Positions 50,760 through 64,000 of a stretch of 64,000 nucleotides of DNA are shown here, in pieces. The notes below the pieces were generated by a model. It worked only from the letters and a program-made list of their open reading frames with translations. It was not told the DNA's origin and searched no databases. Within the stretch, counting starts at the first letter, position 1; each line of letters begins with the position of its first letter. The stretch is from assembly GCF_963921235.1 (NCBI RefSeq), contig NC_086100.1:204912001-204976000 (forward strand), read 5' to 3'. This stretch comes from Mobula hypostoma (taxonomy: Eukaryota). The position numbers and the translations under genes are program-made.

Positions 50760-52560
50760 CTTATGAAAGAAATAAAGGAAGGTATGAGGTTGCCCCAGCA
50801 GACAAGGTGAAGGAGAAGATTAAAAAGATTGCAAGGGAAAAAATTAATCCTCTGCAAGATCAGAATGGTAGTCCATATGAGGAGACAAAATAGACGTGAG
50901 AGATTTTTTTTGCATCCTTATTTACTCAGGAGATGCACACAGAGTCTATAGAAGTGAGGCAAAGCTGCATCAACTTTATGGACCCTGTACAGATTACAGA
51001 GGTGGAGGTGTTTGCTGTCTTAAGGCAAATTAGTGTGGATAAATCCCCAGGGACTGACAAGTTGTTCCCTGGGACTCTGCGGAAGACAAGTGCAGAAATT
51101 GTCGGGGCACAAGCACAGATATTTAAGTCATCCTCAGTGACCGGTGAGGTACTGGAGGATTGGAGGACAGCCAATGTTGTTCTGCTGTTCAAGAAAGGCT
51201 CTAAAAATAAACTAAGAAATTATACGTTGGTGAGCTTGACATCAGTAGGGAGAAAGTTATTGGAACGGATGTGCAGGATCCGGATATATAAGTATTTGGA
51301 AAGATGTGAACTGATTAAGGATAGGCAGCATGGCTTTGTGCATGGTAGGTCATGCCTAACCAATCTTACAGAGTTTCTCGAGGAAGTTATCAGGAAAGTG
51401 GATGAAGGCAAGGCAGTAGATGTTGTCTACATGGACTTTAGCAAGGCACTTGACAAAGTCTCATCTGGGAGGTTGGTCAAGAAGGTTCAGTCACTCAGCA
51501 TTCAAGATGAGATAGTAAATTGGATGAGACACTGGCTTTGGGAGAAGCCAGAGTGTGGTAGCAGATGATTGTCTCTCTGACTGCAGGCCGGTGACTAGTG
51601 ATTGCCATAGGGATCAGTGCTGGATCTGTTGTTGTTTGTCATCTATATCAGTAATCTAGATGATAGGGTTGTGAACTGGATCAGCAAATTTGTGGATGAC
51701 ACCAAGACTGGGGATTTAGCAGACTGCGAGAAGTCTATCATGGCTTGCAGTGCAAGCTGGACCAGCTGGAAAAATGGCTTGAGAAATGGAAAATGGAATT
51801 TAATGCCGACAAGTGTGAGGTGTTGCACTTTGGTAGGACCTACCAGGGTAGGTCTTTCACAATGACTGGTGGGGCATGGAGGAGTGTTGTTGAAGAAAGG
51901 GATCTGGGAATGCAGGTCTATAATTCACTGAAAGTGGTGTCACAGTTAGATAAGGACGGAAAGAAAGATTTTGGCATATTGGCCTTCATAAACCAAAGTA
52001 CTGAGTACAGGAGATGAATCTTATGTTGACTTTGTACAAGATATCGGTGAAGCCTAATTTGGAGTATTGTTTGTAGTTTTGATCACCAACCGACAGGAAA
52101 GTAAAAGAGTTGGAAAGAGTTCAGAGAAAAATCACAAAGATGTTGTCAGGTCTGGAGGACTTGGGTTATAAGGAGAGACTGAACAGATCCTTGGAATGTG
52201 GAAGATTAAGGGGAGATTTGATGGAGGTGTACCACAATTATGAAGGGTACAGATAGGGTAAATGCGAGCTGGCTTTTACCACTGAGATGGGGTGGGACTA
52301 CAACCAGAGACCATGGGTTAAGGGTGAAAGGTGAAACGTTAAGGGGAACATGAGGGGAAACTTCTTCACACAGACGATCATCTGGGTGTGAAATGAGCTG
52401 CCAGCACAAGTGGTGCATGCGAGCTCAATTTCAACATTTAAGAGGTTCGTATAGGTACCTGGATGGTAGGGATATGGGAATAGAAAGTTTAAATAGTTCA
52501 ACACAAACTAGATGGGCCAAAGGGCCTGTTTCTGTGTTGTACTTTTCCATGACTGTGACA
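50760..52560 (+). mobile_element. Decayed CR1 ORF2 (unit 2 copy)
   Basis: ORFs 50933-51568 and 51617-52017 carry RT motifs; collinear with 29820-31480. Confidence 0.88.
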
Positions 52561-53367
52561 AGAACCTGAAATAATACTGATGTTCCCTTGAATTCCTTTT
52601 CACAGCTGTGCAGACCAACCATTCATCTGAGTAGGAGATAATTACATGGCATTAAAACTTTAAATTGGCACTTTAAAAGAAAATCCCAGCTGCAGGTCAA
52701 CAAAGGTTATTTGCGTGAGACTGCTTTAGTTACTTTGGAGCCAGGCACCCATGCAGCTCAGTGGGAACGGAGAATAATGCCAATGGAGAGAGTCAAACTG
52801 AGCCAGGTAACAGATTGGAGATGGCAGAAATGCGCCATTCTTACAGAGCCGGGAAGAGCATCAGAGAGTTTGATGGTCATTCGAGATACCAGCTCTGTGC
52901 CCAGTTAGAAAATGGTTTCTGTCTCCAACTTGGATTGAACTTCACTGTAACAGTGTGATGTCAGATCACACCTTGATAACTCAAGTGATCTCATCTGAAA
53001 TGTTGTCCTTCACCCATTGATGGATTTTCTAAATCTTTTTACAGGTTAAAAACGACGAGGAATTTGCCTATGGGAGTTCAAACACAACACACCAGTTTTG
53101 CTGTCTCTGTCCAGATATTTAAGAAGTGGAGCAAGGGATTCAATCGACCATCCTTTCTGCTCAGACAGTGGAAATGGATTCACTCGATCATCTCAACTGA
53201 AGGTACTTGAGCAAGTTCACACTGGGACAAGGCCATTCACCTGTTCTGTGTATGAGAAGGGATTCAGTCGGTCTTTCCTCCTGTGGACGCACCAGTTATT
53301 TCACACTGGGCAGACGCTGGTCATCTGCTGAATTTGTGGGGAGGGATTAACTCGGTCATCTGACCTA

Positions 53368-54558
53368 ATGGCTCACCGGCGAGTTCACACTGGGGAGCGG
53401 ACGTTTACCTGCTCAGACTGTGGGAAGAGATTCACTTGCTCATCTAAACTGAAAGTACATCAGCGAGTTCACACTGGAGAGAGGCCGTTCACCTGCTCAG
53501 AATGTGGGAAAGGATTTACTCAGTCATCCAAACTGCTGGTACACCAGTCAGTTCATACTGGGGAGAGGCCATTCACGTGCTCAGACTGTGGGAAGGGATT
53601 CACTCAGGCATCTAACCTACAGAGACACCAGTCAGTTCACACTGCTGAGAGGGATTTCACCTGCTTAGACTGTGGGAAGAGATTCCCTCACTCTTCCTCT
53701 CTACAGAGACACCAGCGACTTCACACTGGAGAGAGGCCGTTCACCTGCTCAGACTGTGGAAAGACATTCACTCAGTCATCCAACCTACAGAGTCACCAAC
53801 GAGTTCACACTGGGGAGAGGCCGTTCACCTGCTCAGTCTGTGGGAAGGGATTCACTCAGTCATCTCACCTGAAGCTACATCAGAGAGTTCACACTGGAGA
53901 GAGGCCGTTCACCTGCTCAGACTGTGGAAAGAGATTCACTCACTCTTCCACCTTACAGAAACACCAGCGAGTTCACACTGGGGAAAAGCCGTTCACCTGC
54001 TCAGACTGTGGGAAGAGATTCACTCAGTCATCCAACCTACTGATACACCAGCGAGTTCACACTGGGGAGAAGCATTTCAGCTGCTCAGACTGTGGAAAGG
54101 GATTCGCTCAGACATCCACCCTACTGAGACACCAACGAGTTCACACTGGGGAAAGGGATTTTCCTTGCTCAGATTGTGGGAAGAGATTCACTCACTCTTC
54201 CACCCTACAGAGACACCAGCGAGTTCACACTGGGGAGAGGCCGTTCACCTGCTCAGACTGTGGGAAGACATTCACTCAGTCATCCCACCTACAGAGTCAC
54301 CAACGAGTTCACACTGGGGTGAAGCCATTCACCTGCTCAGACTGTGGAAAGGGATTCACTTGCTCATCCTCCCTATTGGCACACCAGTCAGTTCACACTG
54401 GGGAGAGGCGGTTCACCTGCTCAGAATGTGGGAAAGGATGCACTCAGTCATCCAAACTACCGGCACATCAGACAGTTCACACTGGGGAGTGGCCATTCAC
54501 CTGCTCAGATTGTGGGAAGGGATTCGCCCGGTCATCTCATCTACTGAAACGCCAGTGA
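53368..54558 (+). CDS. Tandem C2H2 zinc-finger protein, unit 2 (13 complete fingers)
   Basis: 396-aa ORF made only of C2H2 repeats; acceptor TTTTTACAG ending at 53044; AATAAA near 54935. Confidence 0.88.
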   Translation: MAHRRVHTGERTFTCSDCGKRFTCSSKLKVHQRVHTGERPFTCSECGKGFTQSSKLLVHQSVHTGERPFTCSDCGKGFTQASNLQRHQSVHTAERDFTCLDCGKRFPHSSSLQRHQRLHTGERPFTCSDCGKTFTQSSNLQSHQRVHTGERPFTCSVCGKGFTQSSHLKLHQRVHTGERPFTCSDCGKRFTHSSTLQKHQRVHTGEKPFTCSDCGKRFTQSSNLLIHQRVHTGEKHFSCSDCGKGFAQTSTLLRHQRVHTGERDFPCSDCGKRFTHSSTLQRHQRVHTGERPFTCSDCGKTFTQSSHLQSHQRVHTGVKPFTCSDCGKGFTCSSSLLAHQSVHTGERRFTCSECGKGCTQSSKLPAHQTVHTGEWPFTCSDCGKGFARSSHLLKRQ

Positions 54559-57500
54559 GTTCACACTGGGTAGAGGCCCATCACCTGTTCAGACCTTGGG
54601 AAGAGATTCTCTCAGCCATCTCCACCAAATGTGCATCATTGTGTTCACACTGGGGAGAGGCCGTTCACCTGTTGTGAATGTGGGAAGGGATTCACTCAGT
54701 AATCTAACCTTGTGACATACTATCGGGTTCACACTGGGGAGAAAGTTTCAGTAAGCCGCATGCTGGATATTTGTCCATCACCATTGCTGAATGCAGTTTC
54801 GAGAGTGACTGTCGATGCTGAACTCTGCAATTATTGCTGCTGCTCACCACACCCAGTTCTGCACCCTGGTCACTGGGCATGGGCTGCACATTCACCTTTA
54901 ATGGGACTGGAGTTTAATATTCTGCATCTGAGACAAATAAATCAGTTTTATTTTGAACTCTGTCTCCAGTACTTAGTGAATATATAACACAACTAGTGTA
55001 CAGTAGAGTCAACTTAGGCCGGCTGGACCCTGCCAGTGATTCTGTTCCTCGACAATCCTTTTAAATCCTCCCCTGTTGTTCCCCTCTCGCTCTCCTTGTG
55101 CTATTGGGTTCCAAACAGTTACCACTCTGTGGGTGAAGAGGTTTCCCTTGAATTTTCTGCAGACTGAAGAAGTCCAGCTGACTGCAATTCTATCTGACAT
55201 GTTCTTCGCCCCTCAAATCTCTGAGCTGAGGAAGAATGACATTGATACTTGACCTCATTCACAGCTCATTTCCACATTATGGGTCATTTTCCCTGCTTCT
55301 AAAGACTGAAATCAGAAAGGGAATCCATTAGTTGGATGTTCAACGGAGCATGGTCAGAATCCAGAGGCATGTCTGCACAGGGCAGAGTTTGGGGCTCTGG
55401 ACGATGGGGTAAGAATGTATGATGCGGAGAAGGGAATCAGCGGGGCGTGGCAATGTATGATAGAGTAGCAACATTTGGAAACTGATTGACAGAGAAAATA
55501 ATTTGGTTGTCTGACTGATGACGCAAACAATGCCTGTTGAGGTGCTCCATTTGTCAAGGAACGCGTGTGTGTTGGGAATGGTTATATCTATTGAGGGAGT
55601 TGTTCCTGCTTTTTTATCCTGTAATATTGTATCCGGATGGTTATTATGGATTGTCCTATCTGTAACAATGTATTGATTATCATATAATTTGTAAGATTTT
55701 GACTTTAAAACTGGATCAGGCTTGAATTTATGGTGCCTTTAAGAAGTGACGGAGATCATTCATGAATTTGTATTTTAAAGTAAGATTATGGTGAATGATA
55801 TTTGCTACTTGATTGTGCCTGTGTAGGTAATCAGATTGAGTTAAGCTGCTGCAGGATCCTGGAATGTGTTGGATTGTGTCTGGTTTCTCTTGGCATTTTC
55901 TGCATTTATCGTCTTGTTTGTTTGTCTTTTATGTATTTTTGATATTTTTTATGTTAACCTTGTCCTATATTTCCACGAGGAGTATGTGTTTCTGAGTTCG
56001 ATGCTTCCATGTCAACATCTAGCCTGCTCAGATCATTGGGATGTCTCCCGTGGAGGGTTGGTTAATGTTTTCTTCCATAGTGATGATTCATTTTCTGAGT
56101 TGGCCTCTCATTTCAGTTTTTTAGTGTGCATTTCTTATCAGAATTGCATATACCTGCCTGGTGTGCTGAATCTTGTTTATTTTGTATGAAAATATATACT
56201 TTAGAAATCTTATCAGACTGTTGGGTGATTTTTAAAAAAATGTTTGTTATCACTCTTCCTCCTTCTGTCCTCAGTAGTTTTAATCTAAGTGGTAAATAGT
56301 GTTTTCTAAATTTGTCATTTTTGATCTTATTTTTCATTGTGAAGTTTCCAGATCGGAATGGGACCAAGGTATTTTGCTGAAAGAATGCACTAATATGGGT
56401 ATAAAGAAAGGTGTTTATTGCCTTTGTTGTATTCGCTATACCATGAAGATCTGCTTGACAAATCTTATTAAGCCCTGAAGTAAATTGTCAATTTTTTTTT
56501 CGTTTCTGTGCTATTTTCTTTGCCTGTTAATATTACAGATACCTGGGCCAAAACGTTGATTGCCACTGATGGATGCTGCCTGGCCTGCTGAGCTCCTCCA
56601 GCGCTTTGTGTGTATGGCTCTAGACTTCCAGCATCTGCAGTATCTCTTGTGTCCCGTAGACTTGTGTGTTTCTGGAAAGGAGATGCAGGTAGGCAGAGAG
56701 GGTGCTGTGGCTCTGTTGGTAAAAAATAAAATCAAATCATCAGAAAGGTGACATGAGGTTGGAAGGTGTTGAGTCATTGTGGGAAGAACTAAGGAACAGC
56801 AAGGATGAAAAGACTCTGATGGGAGTTATCTAGAGACCCCAAACAGTAGTATGTATATCGTCCACAACTTACAACAGGAGATGGAAAATGCTGGCCGAAA
56901 GGGCAGTGCAACAGTAGTCATGGAAGATAGTCATTCAGATATTTTGGGAAAATCAGGTTGGTGCTGGATCCCAAGAGGGAGAATCCCTCAAATCCCCACA
57001 AGATGGCTTTTTAGAGCAGCTCCTGGTTGAGCCCAGATGGGGATCAACTCTTCTTGATGTGGTGTGGTGCAATGAACAGGAGTTAATTAGAGCACTGAAG
57101 GTAAAAGAACCCATGGGGCAAGGAGCAGAGGGTTGTCCTTTTTGGAACAAAGATGAGATTAGGCAGAGGGTGGTGAATCTGTGGAATTCATTGCCACGGG
57201 CAGTTCTGGAGGCAAGACATTATGTCTAGTAATCATCCATCTATAGAGAGTTTAATAATCATTGTTTCTCATCTCTAGCTGATAAAACTTGAGGTGCAGG
57301 CATCGCAAGGCATAATCATTTCTCAGTTTGTGAGGAACTTGTCTGCTCAGATCCCTGGATGTCTCTATGAGGGGACACGAGTGGTAAACTTGATCTTCCA
57401 TAGTGACCATTTCTTCATTTTTCTCAATTGTGTTTTCATTTAAGTTTAGTGGTGCGTACTTATTAGTTTTACACATGTCGGCATGGAGTGCTGAATCCTG

Positions 57501-58238
57501 GTTTCATTACAGAAAATATATCCTGAGGAGATATTTTACTTCACCCTACACCACCCCTCCTATCTCCAGTTTCACCCTTGACCTCCCACCTTGTACTTCT
57601 TCTTCCGCAATCCCCCCTACGTTCCTTACCCTGACTTCGCACTTTTTTTTTCCCACAAAAGTGCCGATCGTTAAAAAGCATCAGGGGCAGAAGTGACTAT
57701 TGATGCTATTACTAAGGAGAAAATGTCCTTTGGAAGCTGAAAGGTCTGAAGGTAGATAAGACTCCCAGACAAATGGTGTGCACCCTAGGCTTCAGAAAGA
57801 GTTTGTGCAGACATTAGAGTCAGAGAGCACTACAGCATGGAATAATGCCATTCAGCTAATCTAGTCTGTGCCAACCCATCAATCTGCCGAGTTCCAGCAA
57901 CCTCCACCGGGACCATATCACCATACCCCTGGCATCCATGTACCCATGACCGGTTGCCATGCTGGTTTAGTTGAATTTATGAAAATGAAATTGTAAGTCT
58001 ATTGTGTCATTTAACGTCAACATCCCACAGTTACCGTGCAGCAGGCAGGTGCTGTGAAATCTAGGTTTAAAGACAAATAAGAAGTTAAAGCAGAATGTTT
58101 TTCTCATGTTAGCATATGGTAGCTGTGTTTTTACATTGCGGGGCAATGGAGAGTATACTGGGCCTAAGAGGGGCGTTGGAAAGTATGAAGGTGCTTCAGG
58201 AGGGCTATGGGCTAAAAAGGTTGGCAAACACTGCTATA

Positions 58239-61200
58239 GAAGAAAGAGTTAGCCAACGGGTGAGCATAACCGTCCATGGATGAAATTCCCACGATCTGAG
58301 CAGACTAGGTGTTAACGAGAAAGCGTCCAAAGACTGGCTCAAAGTTGGAGACGTCTTCCCAGAAACAGAACTTTTCATTGTAGTAATACATACATGGAAT
58401 TATGATGTAGCGCCGTTACAGAGACTTGGCTGGCACCAGTGCAGGAATGGATTCTCAATATTCCTGGATTTCAGTGCTTTAAAAGGGATAGAGAGGGCGG
58501 AAAAAGGGGAGGAGGGGTGGCATTACTGGTCAGGGATACTATTACAGCAACAGAAAGGGTGGGTAATGGAGCAGGATCCTCTTTTCAGTCAATATGGGTG
58601 GAAGTCAGGAACAGGAAGGGAGCAGTTACTCTACTGGGGGTATTCTATAGGCCCCCTGGTAGCAGCAGAGATACAGAGGAGCAGATTGGGAGACAGATTT
58701 TGGAAAGGTGCAAAAATAACAGGGTTGTTATCATGGGTGAGTTTAACTTCCCTAATATTGATTGGCACCTGATTAGTTCCAAGGGTTTAGATGGAGCAGA
58801 AGTTGTTAAGTGTGTCCAGGATGGATTCCTGTCACAGTATGTGGACAGGCCGACCAGGGGGAATGCCATACTAGATCTAGTACTAGGTAATGAACCGGGT
58901 CAGGTCACAGATCTCTCAGTGGGTGAGCATCTGGGGGACAGTGACCACCGCTCCCTAGCCTTTATAATTATCATGGAAAAGGATAAAATCAAAGAGGACA
59001 GGAAAATTTTTAATTGGGGAAAGGCAAATTATGAGGCTATAAGGCTAGAACTTGCGGGTGTGAATTGGGATGATGTTTTTGCAGGGAAATGTACTATGGA
59101 CATGTGGTCGATGTTTAGAGATCTCCTGCGGGATGTAAGGGATAAATTTGTCCCGGTGAGGAAGATAAAGAATGGTAGGGTGAAGGAACCATGGGTGACA
59201 AGTGAGGTGGAAAATCTAGTCAGGAGGAAGAAGGCAGCATACGTGAGGTTTAGGAAGCAAGGATCAGATGGGTCTATTGAGGAATATAGGGAAGCAAGAA
59301 AGGAGCTTAAATAGGGGCTGAGAAGACCAAGAAGGGGGCATGAGAAGGCCTTGGCGAGTAGGGTAAAGGAAAACCCCAAGGCATTCTTCAGTTATGTGAA
59401 GAAAAAAAGGATGACAGGAGTGAAGGTAGGACCGATTAGAGATAAAGGTGGGAAGATGTGCCTGGAGGCTGTGGAAGTGAGTGAGGTCCTCAATGAATAC
59501 TTCTCTTCGGTATTCACCAGTGAGAGGGAACTTGATGATGGTGAGGTCAATATGAGTAAGGTTGATGTTCTGGAGCATGCTGATATTAAGGGAGAGGAGG
59601 TGTTGGAGTTGTTAAAATACATTAGGACAGATAAGTCCCCGGGGCCTGACGGAATATTCCCCAGGCTGCTCCACGAGGAGAGAGAAGAGATTGCTGAGCC
59701 TCTGGCTAGGATCTTTATGTCCTCGTTGTCCACGGGAATGGTACCGGAGGATTGGAGGGAGGCGAATGTTGTTCCCTTGTTCGAAAAAGGTAGTAGGGAT
59801 AGTCCGGGTAACTGTAGACCAGTGAGCCTTACGTCTGTGGTGGGAAAGCTGTCGGAAAAGATTCTCAGAGATAGGATCTATAGGCATTTAGAGAATCATG
59901 GTCTGATCAGGGACAGTCCGCATGGCTTTATGAAGGGCAGATCGTGTCTAACAAGCCTGATAGAGTTCTTTGAGGAGGTGACCAGGCATATAGATGAGGG
60001 TAGTGCAGTGGATGTGATCTGTATGGATTTTAGTAAGGCATTTGACAAGGTTCCACACGGTAGGCTTATTTGGAAAGTTGGAAGGCATGGGATCCAGGGA
60101 AGTTTGGCCAGGTGGATTCAGAATTGGCTTGCCTGCAGAAGGCAGAGGGTGGTGGTGGCGGGAGTACATTCAGATTGGAGGATTGTGACTAGTGGTGTCC
60201 CACAAGGATCTGTTCTGGGACCTCTACTTTTTGTGATTTTTATTAACGACCTGGATGTGGGGGTAGAAGGGTGGGTTGGCAAGTTTGCAGACGACACAAA
60301 GGTTGGTGGTGTTGTAGATAGTGTAGAGGATTGTCAAAGATTGCAGAGAGACATTGATAGGATGGAGAAGTGGGCTGAGAAGTGGCAGATGGAGTTCAAC
60401 CCGGAGAAGTGTGAGGTGGTACACTTTGGAAGGTCAAACTCCAAGGCAGAGTACAAAGTAAATGGCAGGATACTTGGTAGTGTGGAGGAGCAGAGGGATC
60501 TCGGGGTACATATCCACAGATCCCTGAAAGTTGCCTCACAGGTGGATAGAGTAGTTAAGAAAGCTTATGGGGTGTTAGCGTTCATAAGTTGAGGGATAGA
60601 GTTTAAGAGTCGCGATGTAATGATGCAGCTCTATAAAACTCTGGTTAGGCCACACTTGGAGTATTGTGTCCAGTTCTGGTCACCTCACTATAGGAAGGAT
60701 GTGGAAGCATTGGAAAGGGTGCAGAGGAGATTTACCAGGATGCTGCCTGGTTTAGAAAGTATGCATTATGATCAGAGATTAAGGGAGCTAAGGCTTTACT
60801 CTTTGAAGAGAAGGAGGATGAGAGCAGATATGATAGAGGTGTACAAGATAATAAGAGGAATAGATAGAGTGGATAGCCAGCGCCTCTTCCCCAGGGCACC
60901 ACTGCTCAATACAAGAGGACATGGCTTTAAGGTAAGGGGTGGGAAGTTCAAGGCGGATATTAGAGGAATGTTTTTTACTCAGAGAGTGGTTGGTGCGTGG
61001 AATGCACTGCCTGAGTCAGTGGTGGAGGCAGATACATTAGTGAAGTTTAAGAGACTACTAGACAGGTATATGGAGGAATCTAAGGTGGGGGCTTATATGG
61101 GAGGCAGGGTTTGAGGGTCGGCACAACATTGTGGGCCGAAGGGCCTGTACTGTGCTGTACTATTCTATATTCTATGTAATACAGGACCAGGTGGTTAAGA

Positions 61201-61445
61201 CATGACATCAAAAAATGCACAATAAAAAACTAACAAATTCAAGACGATAAAAGTAGAATATGCCATGTGAAACCAGAAAATATCCCACACATTACAGTAT
61301 CCTGCAGCAGTTTAATTCAGTCTTACACAGGTACAATCAAGTGACAAACATCTTTCACCAAAATCTTGCTTTAACATGCAAAATCATGAAACATTATTAT
61401 AAATACAATCCTAATCCAGTTTTGGAGTCTATTACGACCAATCCA
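58239..61445 (+). mobile_element. R4/Dong-like (RLE) non-LTR fragment split by a CR1 (58239-58390 and 61184-61445)
   Basis: Joined reading gives HG*...VNEKASKDWLKVGDVFPETELFIVVIQ|DQVVKT...DKSRICHVKPENIPHITVSC...HRYNQVTNIFHQNLA. Confidence 0.7.
58391..61175 (+). mobile_element. Young 5'-truncated CR1, nearly whole ORF2
   Basis: APE plus RT (FADD) in one frame with only two stops (59312-59314, 60590-60592); 8-bp TSD GTAATACA at 58383-58390 and 61176-61183. Confidence 0.95.
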
Positions 61446-61525
61446 CTAATTGAGTTGGGGCAATACCTCGTACCCGTCCGGATCTAATATTACAGGATAA
61501 TAGGTATGGCCATTCCGAACACACA

Positions 61526-62950
61526 TGTAAGGCTCAGGTCTATCGGCTCGTGTTTATCTAGGGGAAACCCCATCCACCTGCCAAACCGTGTTGCTGTAGG
61601 TGCTGTGTAATGCCGCCTGGTACAAACTCACACATCAAACATCCAGACAGCACACAATGTACGGTTTGCAGATTACACTTTATAAATCTTACTGGAACTC
61701 TGTAATTAATAGAGATACAATATAAAAGGGAAAGTAAAAGGCGCCAAACTTATCAGACTTCAACCACTTCGTGCACAACTGTTGGAGCTCAATTAACGGG
61801 GTCCTCTTTTTCCACGAGGCTAATTCCCTCCGACCCCCTCGACCCGCTGTTCAGGATCAACCATGGTGGTCGACCAGAGCGCATCCAGCACGTCCTTCTT
61901 CTCCTGATCTCTTCCCAAAAACCCCGCCAAACCACACGGTTCCCAGCCATATGAGACAGACTATCACCCACAAAAAGAATAACGTGGACACTCATTATTT
62001 TGTTCCCTCTCTTATTAATAATATAACCCAAACAAGCAGAGAGAGAACTCCTTACATCGCAGTTATTATTATAGAATAGCCATTTTTATTATAACAAAGA
62101 AGCCATTTTCGCAGTAACATAAAAGAAGAAACTCCTTACACTCTCCCCCCACCAAATAAAGTCATGTCCTCATGACATTAAAGGAGTTCACCAATGCTCC
62201 ATGCAAAACACAAAACCCAACCCAGGTGCATAAAGCAATGACATAACTTCCCAGGGCGGTAGAGATCACACCCTGTTCTCCCGGCGCTACATAGGTCAAC
62301 CTCTCCCGGGGGGGGAGGGGTTCTTTGAGACCTCCGTAACTCCTCTAATGACCCTTCTGGCTCACACCCCGAGTCTACCTGTCGAATCCTCACCCGCTCC
62401 CTCACTGGGACCCCTCGTCAACTTGGTGCCCTCTGTCTCGGGTTCTGGTTCCACCCTCTCTCCCTCCAAGGCCGGCTGTATCCCAGGCCGCCCCCTCAAC
62501 ACCCTCCCTCCTCTCACCTAACTCAGTGGGGCAAGGGTCAGGAGCCTTTCTGGTACCGGGGAATTAATGAACGGAAGCAGGTACCACACATCTGAATCAT
62601 CCTTTTCCAAATCAGTATCCCCTTCCGGGGCAGGACCCAGCCCCGTCTCTGTCGCAGTGGGCTCTTCCCTCGCCTGCACCTCTGCAGCGTCCTTGAATTA
62701 GGTGTAAACCCCAATTCGGTCTCTTGGTCTACCTGCACCTCTTGCCCTGGGGCAATACGTGGTTCTGATGGTGTACCTCGACAGGCCCTTCCCCGTCCTC
62801 TGGTCTCACCCGGTAAACAGGTAGGTTCAGCATCTGGCTCTCTACCACATAGGGGGGTGGCTGCCCAGCGATCTACCAACTTGTGCTTACCAGGTAGTCC
62901 TAAATTCCATTTGAGGACCCGGTCGCCCAGCATAAGTTTGAGAGAGCCAT
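61526..62950 (-). mobile_element. Gypsy-like LTR retrotransposon 3' end (integrase tail, PPT, 3' LTR)
   Basis: LTR 61526-62140 bounded by TGTAAGG/CCTTACA; PPT GGGGGGAGAG at 62141-62150 on -; GDRVL..NLGLPGKHKLVDRW resembles the integrase C-terminal region. Confidence 0.85.
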
Positions 62951-63021
62951 GGTTTTCAAGGGTTATTGGAAACTTGGTTCGGAAAAAGAGAGGGATCTGC
63001 AGTAAATATAGGCAAATTCAC

Positions 63022-64000
63022 AGTACACTGGAGGAACTCAGCAGGTCGGACAGCATCAGTGGAAATGATGAGTCGACATTTCGGGCCAGAACCCTTCGTC
63101 AGGACTGAACAAAGAAGGAGGGGGAAGGATTTGACGAATGCTTGTAGGTTCAGTTGAAAGACCAGTAATTTGAAAGGCAAAGGGGTGGGGGAGGGGAAGC
63201 AGGGAGGTGACAGGCAGGAACGGTGAAGAAGGAATAGGGGAAACACAACGGGTAGCAGAAGGAGGCAGAACCATGAGGGAGGTGATAGGCAGCTGGGGGA
63301 GGGGGCAGAGTGAAATAGGGATGGAGGAAGGGAGGGGGAGGGAATTACTGGAAGTTGGAGAATTTTACGTTCATACCAAGGGGCTGGAGAGTACCTAGAC
63401 AGTATATGAGGTGTTGCTCATCCAGCCTGAGTTTGGCCTCATCATGGCAGTAGAGGAGGCCATGTATGGAGATATCTAAACAGGAATGGGAAACAGAGTT
63501 GAAGTGGGTGGCTACCGGGAGATCCTGTCTGTTGTGGCAGACGGAGTGGAGGTGCTTGACGAAGCAGTCCCCCAATCTGTGTCGGGTTTCACCGATGTAG
63601 AGGAGGCCGAACCGGAAGCACCGGATGCAATAGATGACCCCAACAGACTCACAAGTGAAGTGTTGCCTCACCTGGAAGGATTGTCTGGGGCCCTGAATGG
63701 TGGCAAAAGAAGAGGTGTAGGGACAGGTGTAGCACTTACGCTTACAGGGATAAGTGCCGGGTGGGAGATCCGTGGGGATGGACGTGTGGACCAGGGAGTC
63801 GCGGAGGGACCGATCCCTGCAGAAGGCGGAGAGGGGTGGAGAGGGAAAGATGTGCTTAGAGGTGCGGTCCTGTTGAAAGTGGCGGAAGTTGCAGAGGATA
63901 ATGTGCTGGATCCGGAGTCTAGTGGGGTGGTAGATAAGGACAAGTGGAACTCTATCTCTGTTGTTGCGGGAGGATGGGGTGAGGGCCAAAGTGCAGGAAA
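63022..64000 (-). mobile_element. Penelope-like element 3' part (continues beyond window)
   Basis: GIY-YIG ORF 63345-63989 (GVIYCIRC...LYIGET) plus 3' UTR; hammerhead-like motif at 63071-63106. Confidence 0.92.

Overview
Eukaryotic, repeat-rich vertebrate DNA. The gene families and TE types suggest a cartilaginous fish, probably a ray (inference). The window opens with the 3' part of an NLR (NACHT-LRR) gene on + (1-4316, five exons with canonical splice sites). Next is a two-exon GPR139/GPR142-like GPCR pseudogene on - (9673-11471). It is followed by a tandem array of C2H2 zinc-finger gene units: a relic at ~24.3-25.6 kb, unit 1 at ~25.6-37 kb and unit 2 at ~39.9-57 kb. Most of the rest is nested transposable elements: CR1 LINEs, Penelope-like elements (PLEs), Rex1/Babar and R4/Dong LINE fragments, hAT and Tigger DNA transposons, a solo LTR and a Gypsy 3' end. 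Several TE boundaries can be fixed from target-site duplications (TSDs) and from empty-site comparison between the two ZNF units. The most notable non-obvious signals are minimal hammerhead ribozyme motifs at PLE 3' ends, ZNF arrays with no visible effector domain but a conserved first-exon small ORF, a degenerate ~32-bp minisatellite in the NLR intron, and a 95-bp foldback inside a (TA)n tract. No prokaryotic-type system, CRISPR array, tRNA or rRNA was seen.
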